From NCBI GenBank assembly GCA_004764695.1, contig SMSO01000033.1:1550001-1614000 (forward strand): a stretch of DNA of 64,000 bases, read 5' to 3'. This DNA comes from Schizochytrium sp. TIO01 (Eukaryota; Protista; Bigyra: Labyrinthulomycetes). Within the stretch, counting starts at the first letter, position 1; every line of letters starts with the position of its first letter. The translations under genes and the position numbers were made by a program. A model generated the notes under the pieces. The model was not told the origin of the DNA. It searched no databases and saw only the letters and a program-made list of their open reading frames with translations. Shown piece after piece: positions 36,414-46,384 of the stretch.

Positions 36414-38657
36414 ATGCAAAGCGATACGCCGGTCCTGGCGCCCAGCTTTGCCCCGACCGTGGGCGTGAGCCTCGGGGTACCTGGCCTCATGGGCCCACAT
36501 AATGACCATAGTTCGAACAGCATGAGCCTTGGGGATGGGGATGACGGAGACTCCTCGTTTAAGTACAGCTGGATTGTGGCCGTGGTTCTCTGTGTTCTTT
36601 CTGCAGTTATCATTAACCTCGGCACAAATCTACAAAAGCTTGCGTGGAACAAGATCCAGACCAAGCCGTTTGCGGTCCATCACGATGACTCAGAATCCGT
36701 CACCGATTCCGACATGAACGGAGAGACGCTGCCGCCAGTCGACCCCGAGGCCAGGTGGCGGTTCAAACTGTACTGGTCTCTCGGATTCGTTGCTATTGGC
36801 TTTGGATCCCTTTTCGACTTCGCGGCTTTGGCCTTTGGAGCTCAGAGTGTTATTGCACCATTGGGATCTCTTACTCTGGTTGCAAATATGTTCTTTGCAC
36901 AGTACATGCACGGAGAAACTCTCTCGCAACAGGACGTACTCGCGACTGCGGTAATATTCCTTGGCTGTATCATCTCAGTTGCCTTTGCCTCTCACGAAAA
37001 CGAAATCTACACCATTGAAGAGCTCCTAGGACTGTACGCAACACTACGCTTCGTTATTTATGCTGTGACTATTGTAGCTCTGCTCGTGGGAGGGCTTATC
37101 TTTGTACATTTTATTGAATCCGTCGTACGTAAACACGGCACACGCTCCCGGAAGTACAGAAAACTGTTCCGCTACCATCGTTTCTCATATGCCTTCCTGA
37201 GCGGAGTCGCTGGTGCGCAGTCAGTACTTTTCGCCAAGACATTGGATGGACTTTTGGTTGCAAGTTTCACTGGCCACAGTCGTATCTTCCTTGCTCACTT
37301 TGGATCTTACCTCGTTATTGTTGCAATGTTTTCGTCAATGATTCTACAAGTCTACTGGTTGAACTGTGCTTTAGCTCGATTTGACGCACTTTATGTTGTG
37401 CCAGTATTCCAGGCGCAGTGGATTGTCTTTGGTGTGGTGGGCGGAGGCGTGTTTTACGGAGAATTCAGCGGATTCTCATTTGGCCAGGCAGTAGCTTTCC
37501 TGAGTGGTGTCATTATGACTGTGCTTGGTGTTTACATTCTATCGCAGCGTGGATTTGCCTCGCATGATCGAAAGGAGAGGGCATCTGCTTCAGCTGCAGG
37601 CAACATGACCTCCACGAGTCCTGGCCTTTCTCGGCGGAGGTATAGCAATGAAGATATGGACTCCGTTGGAGGTACAGATCCAATGGCAACTCCTTTGCTG
37701 TCCGGAAGAGGTCAAATTAAATCTTACGCTTCAAATGACGAGCACTCGCCTGTGGAGTACGACGTTGTCTTCGATAAGCGTCGCATTGAGCTCTCTTTAG
37801 AGCCTCAGACTCTCATTTTTCACCCTTCGGGCCGCCGCCGTAAGCACCCTGTGCACTTGTGGCGTGTGGCAGCTACGCGCATCACCGACACCCAATCCCC
37901 TATCCGAGTTGGGCATACTGTTGTTGCGGTTGACCGGGAATCCGTTGTGGGCCCTCGCATCAGCCCTCAACGTGTGCTAGACTACATCTTAGACGGACCC
38001 CGGCCCCTCACGATCCGCTTTCGCACAGTAGCATGTGCCAGACCCCCTCTACTTAGTAGCCACGAAGAGAACGCTGACACTTCTGATAGTATGGTGCATG
38101 GCATGGATTCTGCAACTGAAGATTCGACAGATCGTCTTGAGCCATTCCTCGATCCAGACCTGCGCTGGGATGTCTCTGATGAAGAGGAGGAAGAAGAAGA
38201 GGAGGAGGAGGTAGACAATAGTGATGATGAGACTGATGATGAACTGCGACTTGCCGAAGAAAGGTTTTACCACACCGCGGATATTGAGAGCGCCCGCGCC
38301 CGTGATTCTGCAAGTGTAGGTTATTCTGCTGCACGAAGTGTACCTCGTCTTGAGCGGAAAAGAAGTGAGATCTTGCGTACAAGCCTTCGGAGTGCATCAC
38401 TTCAAGGACCTGGGATGTCTCCATTTTATGGTATTATTCAATCTTGGAAGGATCGGCGTGCAAGCAATAACTCGTTGCCACGCCCGCCTCCTAGTGCTGC
38501 AAACCCTAACATCGTTGCTTTAGATAGCGATGCACCTGCGGGCTCAAGACGTCGCACAGGATCTGCGCCGTTGATTACGCTATCAGCTGCCACCGCAGGC
38601 GACTTTGGCTCTTCTGACAAGGACGAAGGTGTTAGTAGTGCCGCACGAGCTGTATGA
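36414..38657 (+). CDS. NIPA-family Mg2+ transporter with a C-terminal PDZ-like domain and acidic tail (747 aa)
   Basis: NLGTNLQKLA, FAALAFGAQSVIAPLG, LNCALARFDALYVVPVFQ, GGVFYGEF; about 9 TM segments; PDZ-like IRVGHTVVAVD...PRPLTIRF. Confidence 0.88.
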   Translation: MQSDTPVLAPSFAPTVGVSLGVPGLMGPHNDHSSNSMSLGDGDDGDSSFKYSWIVAVVLCVLSAVIINLGTNLQKLAWNKIQTKPFAVHHDDSESVTDSDMNGETLPPVDPEARWRFKLYWSLGFVAIGFGSLFDFAALAFGAQSVIAPLGSLTLVANMFFAQYMHGETLSQQDVLATAVIFLGCIISVAFASHENEIYTIEELLGLYATLRFVIYAVTIVALLVGGLIFVHFIESVVRKHGTRSRKYRKLFRYHRFSYAFLSGVAGAQSVLFAKTLDGLLVASFTGHSRIFLAHFGSYLVIVAMFSSMILQVYWLNCALARFDALYVVPVFQAQWIVFGVVGGGVFYGEFSGFSFGQAVAFLSGVIMTVLGVYILSQRGFASHDRKERASASAAGNMTSTSPGLSRRRYSNEDMDSVGGTDPMATPLLSGRGQIKSYASNDEHSPVEYDVVFDKRRIELSLEPQTLIFHPSGRRRKHPVHLWRVAATRITDTQSPIRVGHTVVAVDRESVVGPRISPQRVLDYILDGPRPLTIRFRTVACARPPLLSSHEENADTSDSMVHGMDSATEDSTDRLEPFLDPDLRWDVSDEEEEEEEEEEVDNSDDETDDELRLAEERFYHTADIESARARDSASVGYSAARSVPRLERKRSEILRTSLRSASLQGPGMSPFYGIIQSWKDRRASNNSLPRPPPSAANPNIVALDSDAPAGSRRRTGSAPLITLSAATAGDFGSSDKDEGVSSAARAV

Positions 38658-39668
38658 TCAGCTCAAAAGCGCTATGATGAAAAGGTTAGTGGATCTTTCT
38701 TTCGTCTATTTGTTTGTTGTAATCTCGCTTCGTTGAATAGGCATGATTGTTAGCAATTTTGGACGATACAGAAGAACAAAAATAGAGTCAACCGCAGGGG
38801 CATCAGCGATGGCTTACTCCATATGATATCTTGAATGGTTACTTTTGATTCCAGGTATGACACAAAATGGGCTGAGAATTAGTTTGCTGTTTTTTTTCGC
38901 CTTGCTTAAATAAATCGGAAGGTAAGCAGGCCAATTGACGGGTAAAAGGATATCTCATTTCCTTTCTATATTTCTTCTTCTCCTTCTGTACCCTATCTTC
39001 GCTTTTGTGCACATGTATCAGATAGCATTTCGTTTGAAGGCCGACCAGTGGTTTTCCAATGCTCTCGCCTTTTAGACTATAAAATCAAATTATTTGTCAT
39101 GTTTCTTGACGGCTTGCTCAATATCACTGATTGTATGTAGAGAGAGAAGTTATGCGTTCGACAAGGCATTTTCGTTCGTTCATTCGTTTTTTTTAAACTA
39201 AAAAAATGAATAACAATCTTTTCTTTTTCTTTATAATTCAAAGTTAAATGCTTTGTGCAATCAAATAGAGACTACTACAACATGGCTAGAAAGAATCCTT
39301 GTTCTATGACAAATTTAGGACTATTTCAAACTTTGCTCTGTATTCTCTGGCAACCCAAGACAGCTGAAAGGTCCTTGCCCAGTAGTATTTTCCATTTACC
39401 TTTTTAATTTATGCCCTAGATGCTCGTGTCCAACGCAAGAATAAGACATTCAGTGTTATCCCTAGCAGTACCTAGGGAAGCTGACCATTGAACATGATAA
39501 TATCTTTAAATATTTAATTGATTATGTGTCGCTCAACTTGTGAAACAGACCTGGAAATCAAGAAGCAAAACAGGTTTACATAAACCAAAGTTAGAACTGT
39601 CCACCTCTTGCACACCCACGATGATTGCAAAACTATTTATCTTTTGTGCTCTCCGAAGAAATTCTATA

Positions 39669-41234
39669 ATGCTACTTTTACAAATTAGCCTTTCCATTTT
39701 TCTCATGATCGCTCCTTGTGCTGTTGGATTGCCCCTACCCGTCGAAGTTGATGTAACTATAGGAGAGAGTATTCATCAAAAACCTGAAGCCGGATCTTCA
39801 TTGCGTGAGGTCTGCGTAACAGTTGATTGGTGGCCAAATAACACATGCGATCATAGAATGTGCACCTGGAACAAAGCGTCAGTTCTTTCTTTAGATCTCG
39901 ATTCTCCGAAGCTGCAAAAAGCAGTTCAAGAACTTGGTGGGGTCGTTCTTCGAGTGCGTGGAGAAGCAGCAAATTCGATGATTTACGAAGATAAATCTTC
40001 AGTATGCCCAGATCAGAGCTCTTCTCAATCAAATACCTGGCACAACTGTCTTTCAATGCAGCGTTGGGATGAGCTCGTAAATTTCTGTGCGAAGACGGGA
40101 TGCAGAATAGTTTTCGGACTGAGTATGCTTTATGGACGCAAGGAAGACGACGATGAACCGTGGAACTCATCAAATGCGTACAACTTTCTCAATTATATTG
40201 CACAGCAAAACCAGGTGCAGTATGTCATGGGCTTTGAGGTTGGAAGCCGCCTCAATTCACTTCACCCGGAAGTGTCACCCGAACGCTTAGCCAATGATGT
40301 TGTTGCTCTATCACAAAAGTTGTCTTCGATTTTTTCTGGCCGCACAATACCAAAACTTTTAATACCTGACTATGTTGGCTGGGACAATATTCGCATGCGA
40401 CGATTTCTTGACATTGCCAAAGATCATCTATACGCTGTGACATGGCAGTCATATCCGCTCGGCACCGGTCATGAGAACCCCCTAGTTGAGTCATTCATTT
40501 TGAATCCTATATTCCTGGCTATGCACTATATTGAAGCTGAACAGATAGTACAACAGGTAGCTACGCTTGGAGGGCAGAACCGCTCTTTGCAGGTTTGGCT
40601 AGGTGAGTCTGGCGGAGCCAGTGACTTTGGCAAAAATGGAACGTCCAATGCGTTTATCAATAGTTTTTGGTACTTGAATGAAATGGCAAGTCTCGCAGCT
40701 CGACAGTACAGCCAGTTCTGTAGGCAGACTCTTGTTGGTGGCAACTATGAACTTATTGACCACGTTACTCATGATCCAAATCCTGATTTTTTTGCACTTT
40801 TGCTTTATACTCGCTTCATAGGACCGCAAATCCTAGAACTAACTGCCCAAGAGAGACACACCATCTGGTCACGAGTATCTGTCTATGCCCACCGTCGAGG
40901 AACTCAACAAACCTTTCTACTTCTAAATTTCTATCCTGACCGTCCAGCTTATTTTCATATCCCGAATTTGTATGCTAAAAATGCTCGAATATTTCACATC
41001 ACTGCAGGGGCGGCTTGTTTGGCCAAACATGCTCAAGGACACCACAATGCGCATTTGCATTGTCGGCAAGTTGCAATGAATGGCATTGATCTCACCATTG
41101 ATAATTTCAATTCAATACAAGGTCTGCCTATAGAATTGAACAATAGCACCAACACTGTGGTTTTGGCGCCCGCTTCGTATGCAATGATTGACATCCCACC
41201 ACGCCATATACAGGTAGCTGTGGGGGCGATCTGA
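39669..41234 (+). CDS. Secreted glycoside hydrolase family 79 (heparanase-like) protein lacking the acid/base Glu
   Basis: CVTVDWWP, CLSMQRWDELVNF, WNSSNA, VWLGESGGA, FINSFWYL, FCRQTLVGGNYELID, PNPDFF; signal peptide from ATG 39669 (alternative ATG 39621). Confidence 0.85.
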   Translation: MLLLQISLSIFLMIAPCAVGLPLPVEVDVTIGESIHQKPEAGSSLREVCVTVDWWPNNTCDHRMCTWNKASVLSLDLDSPKLQKAVQELGGVVLRVRGEAANSMIYEDKSSVCPDQSSSQSNTWHNCLSMQRWDELVNFCAKTGCRIVFGLSMLYGRKEDDDEPWNSSNAYNFLNYIAQQNQVQYVMGFEVGSRLNSLHPEVSPERLANDVVALSQKLSSIFSGRTIPKLLIPDYVGWDNIRMRRFLDIAKDHLYAVTWQSYPLGTGHENPLVESFILNPIFLAMHYIEAEQIVQQVATLGGQNRSLQVWLGESGGASDFGKNGTSNAFINSFWYLNEMASLAARQYSQFCRQTLVGGNYELIDHVTHDPNPDFFALLLYTRFIGPQILELTAQERHTIWSRVSVYAHRRGTQQTFLLLNFYPDRPAYFHIPNLYAKNARIFHITAGAACLAKHAQGHHNAHLHCRQVAMNGIDLTIDNFNSIQGLPIELNNSTNTVVLAPASYAMIDIPPRHIQVAVGAI

Positions 41235-41340
41235 TTGACAACAAAAATAAGAAATTAATACGTCATCGACCAGCCAAAAAAGAATACATATTTATATTAA
41301 CCATAGAGTAAACTAATATCTCATGGGAGCATAATTCAGG

Positions 41341-44300
41341 TCAGTCCTCGAAGACTTGCTTCTCCTCTACTTCTTCCTCATGACGAGAAGGATCTCTATC
41401 TGGACTTTCCTTCATCTGGTTTGGCACTTCAGAAATCGAAACTCGCTCAGGATGAATTATCAAAGTGCTTTTCTTTCGTAGCAAAACTGGACCATTAGCC
41501 ACTGCACAACGAAGCTCGCTACATCTGATATTCATTTCTATGTTTGTTGGTTCCAGAGTAAGGCATTGATGAAGTTTCTCAAAGCATGCTGTTGAGTTAC
41601 GATCGATGTACCAGTCAAGTAAAGCTGCAATAAAAAGTAAGTGTGATTGCGTAGTCATCGTCAACTGATAGTTGGTAATATCTCGAAATCCACTTCGAAG
41701 AAAACGATTACCATCTTGTTCAAACAAATCCCGAACTTCATCCTGGGCTATAGCGCAATTTGCCTGAAGCTCATAGAGTGCCAATGAACATGAAACTACG
41801 GACTTCTGCCCTCTTGATTGTGCAGCAAGAAGAGCTTTGCCATAAGCTTTTCTAACTTTGTTTCGATCTGAACAACTACAGCATATATGGAGATACCAGG
41901 CAAAGCGTACCCAAGCTTCGTACTCATCTCCGTTAGCCAGACGCCAATTTAGGCAAGACTCTGGGGACAAGTTAAACGCTGATTGCTTCTTATAAACACG
42001 AAACCATTGAGTGATCCGTCGACTTGCTAAATGACCTCGAAGACGCCGAAGGCAGCAAGATGCAAAATTGAGTCTCAGAACGTTTTCCCTCTGATCTTTT
42101 GAAGACAGGTCGAGCTCCATAAGGGGAGTTCTAGAACAACGTCGTTGATATAAAGTGAGAGCTTGTTTTGCAGCATCATAAGCAGCATCATAATCAAAAA
42201 ATAGCAGCCGCTGTACGATAGACAAGTGTAAAATACAAAATGGATTGTCGCACCAAAGACGTGCAATACGCTCTAAGTATAGTCGAAAGCTTACCGAAAA
42301 TGCGGAGCGACAAGTTTCATCGAATTGGAAGTGTTTCAAATCTCTTGGGTCTGTTTCGAGCTCTCCCGAAAGACACCATGCAAGCTGGACGTGGGAAATA
42401 GCGTAGCCTACGCGAATGTCTGGATGTCTTGGTTCTCGCTCAAGTGCTTCCTTAAAAAATTCACAAATATCTGGAAGCTTGTCATATTGCGTAACAAGCT
42501 CAAATGCTAACATTGCAAGGCCCTGGTCAGCAAGTGATAGAGATCCATACTGCCTCTGAAAAGTGAGATGATTCATTGCTTGCGATAGTGAAATTGGGCC
42601 GAAACAATATAATAAACGTGCTCGAAATTGTTTTCGTGCTAATGCCTTTCTTGCAAAAGCTTGGACGCGAATACAAGCCTGGATTTCCCGGTACTCCTGG
42701 GCTCGCATCTTTACACGGCGCATTAGAAGGACTTTCCACCTCCAGGCATTTGCAATTTGTGTTGCGCATTGGTCTTGGTATACTCGCCATGCCTCTTGTC
42801 GACCCTTAATCCCGCGATATAAACGCTGTACATGAAGCGCAGCAATATTTGATTTTGCTTGCTGCTTACGCTCAGCGCCTCGAAGAACAAGCTTTCGTCT
42901 TTGTTTCTCTAAACGAAAGGGTTTGCTAAGTTCAGGTGGCTCGTTTATACGAACTCGTGGAGCAATCAATTCTTCAATCTCAAGATTTGGATCCCATCGG
43001 GTCCTTGCCAGTCGTATGTCTACCAAGTTCAACCAGTATTCCTTTTTCTCTGCAACAGATTTTCCATGTTGTGATGCAGGTTGAAAATAAAGAGAGCCCT
43101 GCGGTCGACGCTCAGCCCATGGCTCGATTCGAAACCGTAAACCGATCCTTTCTAAAACTTTGCCACAGCGATACCACCGTGGGACCTTTTTGGCAATGGC
43201 CTGGGAAACAGCGTTTTCCATATGGTGTTTGTATTTCGGATCCACAGAAATAACCCAGTCACCTACATTTGGAACAGCATTTTCTTCCAAGTCGAGCATT
43301 TCGACAAGCTTGGAAACGAGAGTACGGCACTTAATTCTCCAACCCGGCTTTTGTCTTGCAGCCAAAAGCAAATGATTGTCTGCAAATAGTGCACGAATTT
43401 CTTGATCCGACACAAGCAACCGATATTCCTCCTCCAATACATTGTCTCGCGCATGCAAAACAACATCAAGAATGTGTTCAGCATTTGCGTCAGCAGAAAA
43501 TGCAATGACACTTAATAGAGTATTCTTTGATTGAATATGCACAGTCATCTTTGGAAAGGGCTCTTGGGTAAATTTAATATATAAATGTGCTGCTTCACCA
43601 TGCGTTTTGCTTTCTACAATGTCTAGCATACTCTCCAGTTTCGTAGCAAGTTCAGTCTCTAATCCACTCTGCAAGAGGTCACGGCGATCAAGCTGGTTCA
43701 TATAGATACGAGTTTCAAAGGCGCGGACAACAAGCTCTGATCGTAATACAATCGTTCTAGGTCTCATAATTGCAGAAGACAGTTTTCGTTTTGCCTGTGG
43801 TTGGGGTATTTCTGGTGCAATATTTGGGGTACTCGTATAAGAAAATTGGAAACGAAAATTATATCCTCTCTTCCATACATTGAGCTTCCCTACCCGGTCT
43901 TGCAACTGCAACGTGCGATCGGTAATACACTGTGTGTGAAACTTCCCCAAATCGATTTCTTTCTCGTGAATTGCCAGGTAGCGTTCTGCGAGTTTTACAA
44001 TAAATGTCTCAGAACTTTTTATTGTGACTTGGCTTAAAAGGTCTATAGCAAGTTGTTCCTGTGGACTTTCCATCCAAAGAAGAAGCAAGGCCCTATGAAG
44101 ATGTGCCAGTGCGCGGTCTTCTTTGCTTCTACGGGAAGCAAGACCCAAAATACGATCAATGATCAAGAATCCTTGACCATCAAAATCTAGTTTTTTTGCA
44201 TCAACTATTGACTTACGTGCCGCATCTTCATCTTTTTCAAGCACCCCTGCTAGCAATGCTCGGCCATACCGAAGAGCAGAGCTATCCGGAAATCTCATCA

Positions 44301-45516
44301 TCGCTTCACGATAGCGGTCCTTTAAGTATCGTGGACGTTCTGTATTTTGCCGATGCACAAGATGAGCAACAACCAATTGTATGTCCTCTTGAGAATTGAT
44401 GGCTTCTTCAAGTACAAGGTGAACATTTTTTTGTTTCATAAAGCTTTGGCGACCTAAGTGCCCGCGAAATAGACGTTGCATTTCTAATGCGGCCTTCGAC
44501 ATAGCTTCATCATGCTTGACACGTGCCACCTCAGCTCGGCGTGCTGCGACGTTTCGGCAGGCCATTACTCTACGCCAAAATAACTGGATCGTTAAGGCTG
44601 CAATGCAAATTCGTGTGTATCTATTCCAATGCACAACGAACAGTGCAAACTCGCCGATCTTTTGAGCAGCATTCCGTCTGTTGCGAGCGATTCTCCGAGC
44701 GGCAAAGCAACGATAGGCTCGCGCTATTTGAGTTGTTGCATTTCGCTTTAACTGGAATTCATGTTGCCAGAGGTGGCGACGATAACATGTTTGGATGCGT
44801 GTTGCACATAGGTTCTCCAAGGCTAGACGAGCCAGATATGCCCGCCTCTTCCGTGCGAGCTCTCTGCCTTGATAGCCTCGGTACACCCTTGTCAGTACTA
44901 GGCCTGCCTGTTGCCTTTGCTTTTCCCTGCGTAGCTGAGCCACATTTTTTCGAGCATGCCTAGCCCTTGCTGCTGCTTGAATTCGAATTGCAGACCCATT
45001 CGCCCGCTTTTCTGCTGCCCTTTTTTTAATGATCATAGGCCAGAAGGTTCTCCACCAAGCTTCTATAATGTTCGCTGCAAAATCTCGATCATGTTGATTG
45101 TTCTGTTTGAATTCAAAGGGCTTTATTGGATCTGGTACTTGCGATTTGAAGCTCCAGATTTCATCAATTACCCTGACAGCACGGTTCTCCAGCTCTCGGC
45201 TTTCTGGTCTCCCTTGCACAATCTGCAATTTTTGGCCAAAGGGCTGCACCGTCCGTAGTCCATGCAATCGTAGGGTAACCTTGTCTCGAAGAAGGTCTAA
45301 GTCATCCCTGTCTAGCAATCCATGTCTACGCCTCCGTTTGGCTAATTTCGTTGCTCCATCACAACTTCGCCTGCCTTTTCCTACGATTGGTTTTCGTTGT
45401 TTTGCTTTCCCTCTCCTATCTACTGTGTTGTGAGAATTGCTTTCAAGGGGGGGAAGGCGTCTTGTTGCATACTGGTTTGTAGCACCCGCACCTAGATGCT
45501 GCTTTCGTGACACCAT
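41341..45516 (-). CDS. Large multi-IQ-motif calmodulin-binding protein with TPR-like helical segments (1391 aa)
   Basis: Many IQxxxRGxxxR-like motifs (IQAAARARHAR, IQTCYRRHLW, MQRLFRGHLGR, VQRLYRGIKGR, VQAFARKALAR) in two clusters, each followed by TPR-like helices. Confidence 0.8.
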   Translation of the reverse strand: MVSRKQHLGAGATNQYATRRLPPLESNSHNTVDRRGKAKQRKPIVGKGRRSCDGATKLAKRRRRHGLLDRDDLDLLRDKVTLRLHGLRTVQPFGQKLQIVQGRPESRELENRAVRVIDEIWSFKSQVPDPIKPFEFKQNNQHDRDFAANIIEAWWRTFWPMIIKKRAAEKRANGSAIRIQAAARARHARKNVAQLRREKQRQQAGLVLTRVYRGYQGRELARKRRAYLARLALENLCATRIQTCYRRHLWQHEFQLKRNATTQIARAYRCFAARRIARNRRNAAQKIGEFALFVVHWNRYTRICIAALTIQLFWRRVMACRNVAARRAEVARVKHDEAMSKAALEMQRLFRGHLGRQSFMKQKNVHLVLEEAINSQEDIQLVVAHLVHRQNTERPRYLKDRYREAMMRFPDSSALRYGRALLAGVLEKDEDAARKSIVDAKKLDFDGQGFLIIDRILGLASRRSKEDRALAHLHRALLLLWMESPQEQLAIDLLSQVTIKSSETFIVKLAERYLAIHEKEIDLGKFHTQCITDRTLQLQDRVGKLNVWKRGYNFRFQFSYTSTPNIAPEIPQPQAKRKLSSAIMRPRTIVLRSELVVRAFETRIYMNQLDRRDLLQSGLETELATKLESMLDIVESKTHGEAAHLYIKFTQEPFPKMTVHIQSKNTLLSVIAFSADANAEHILDVVLHARDNVLEEEYRLLVSDQEIRALFADNHLLLAARQKPGWRIKCRTLVSKLVEMLDLEENAVPNVGDWVISVDPKYKHHMENAVSQAIAKKVPRWYRCGKVLERIGLRFRIEPWAERRPQGSLYFQPASQHGKSVAEKKEYWLNLVDIRLARTRWDPNLEIEELIAPRVRINEPPELSKPFRLEKQRRKLVLRGAERKQQAKSNIAALHVQRLYRGIKGRQEAWRVYQDQCATQIANAWRWKVLLMRRVKMRAQEYREIQACIRVQAFARKALARKQFRARLLYCFGPISLSQAMNHLTFQRQYGSLSLADQGLAMLAFELVTQYDKLPDICEFFKEALEREPRHPDIRVGYAISHVQLAWCLSGELETDPRDLKHFQFDETCRSAFSVSFRLYLERIARLWCDNPFCILHLSIVQRLLFFDYDAAYDAAKQALTLYQRRCSRTPLMELDLSSKDQRENVLRLNFASCCLRRLRGHLASRRITQWFRVYKKQSAFNLSPESCLNWRLANGDEYEAWVRFAWYLHICCSCSDRNKVRKAYGKALLAAQSRGQKSVVSCSLALYELQANCAIAQDEVRDLFEQDGNRFLRSGFRDITNYQLTMTTQSHLLFIAALLDWYIDRNSTACFEKLHQCLTLEPTNIEMNIRCSELRCAVANGPVLLRKKSTLIIHPERVSISEVPNQMKESPDRDPSRHEEEVEEKQVFED

Positions 45517-46384
45517 CCCTTACTCGTAAGCTCCCTGCAGATCTCCTGCGCTAGGACATTGCCCAACGTCCTCACCTAACTTCAGTCAAGCGTGCCTCAG
45601 TTAGGTCGTGCTCTCTCGCGCTCTCAAGTGTCACGAAATTCGCAAGCAATTTTTAGTTTCTGTCACAGTTGCATTGCACACCTGTGTTCTAAGGTCCTCG
45701 AGAACCTTCTCATTTATCTTCACCTCATATCTTAATTTCTGACCACTTCGAATTCAATACCCTTTACTATTAAGATCAATCCCATAATTCCAAGAAGTTA
45801 ACAATAGAAAAACAGGCCCTCAGCGGAGGCTCGTAGTTGATACATTTGCAAGTCATAGTTTCTGCGGCTTCTCAGAACTGAGCTTTGTCCAAGGTACGAT
45901 AAAGAAAGTTTGCTCAGCTTTTCTTCTTACCTTCTGATCATTGCGACATTCTTTCAAGGACCGTGCACACCTATAAAAGGGCCCAACGGGTCGCCTCGCA
46001 ACATAGGCCACTATTTGAGCTGGAGCTTTCCGCTTCGTTACCGAAAGATAACGTTACTGAACGACCGACTTCCCAGCCTGCTAGATAAACAGGTAGGAAA
46101 GGGCCTAGCGTAGAACTTGTCACAGGAAAGAAAAAGAAATACCTACTTTACCAGAATATATGAGGAACTTGGGAAAAGATGAAGAAAAGGAAAATGAAAT
46201 AAAAGAAGTTTTTTGATGAGATGTATGATATACAGTAAGAAATAAGAACGAGAAGCGACATCGATTAAATTTGAAAAGATCAAATGCCAGAAAGGATTCA
46301 AAATTGCAAGCAAACTTGGAGATTGTTGGGCGTGGTCTACGAGATTGCGGCGCTGACTTGGAGGCGCCTAGACCGTTGTGCGCG

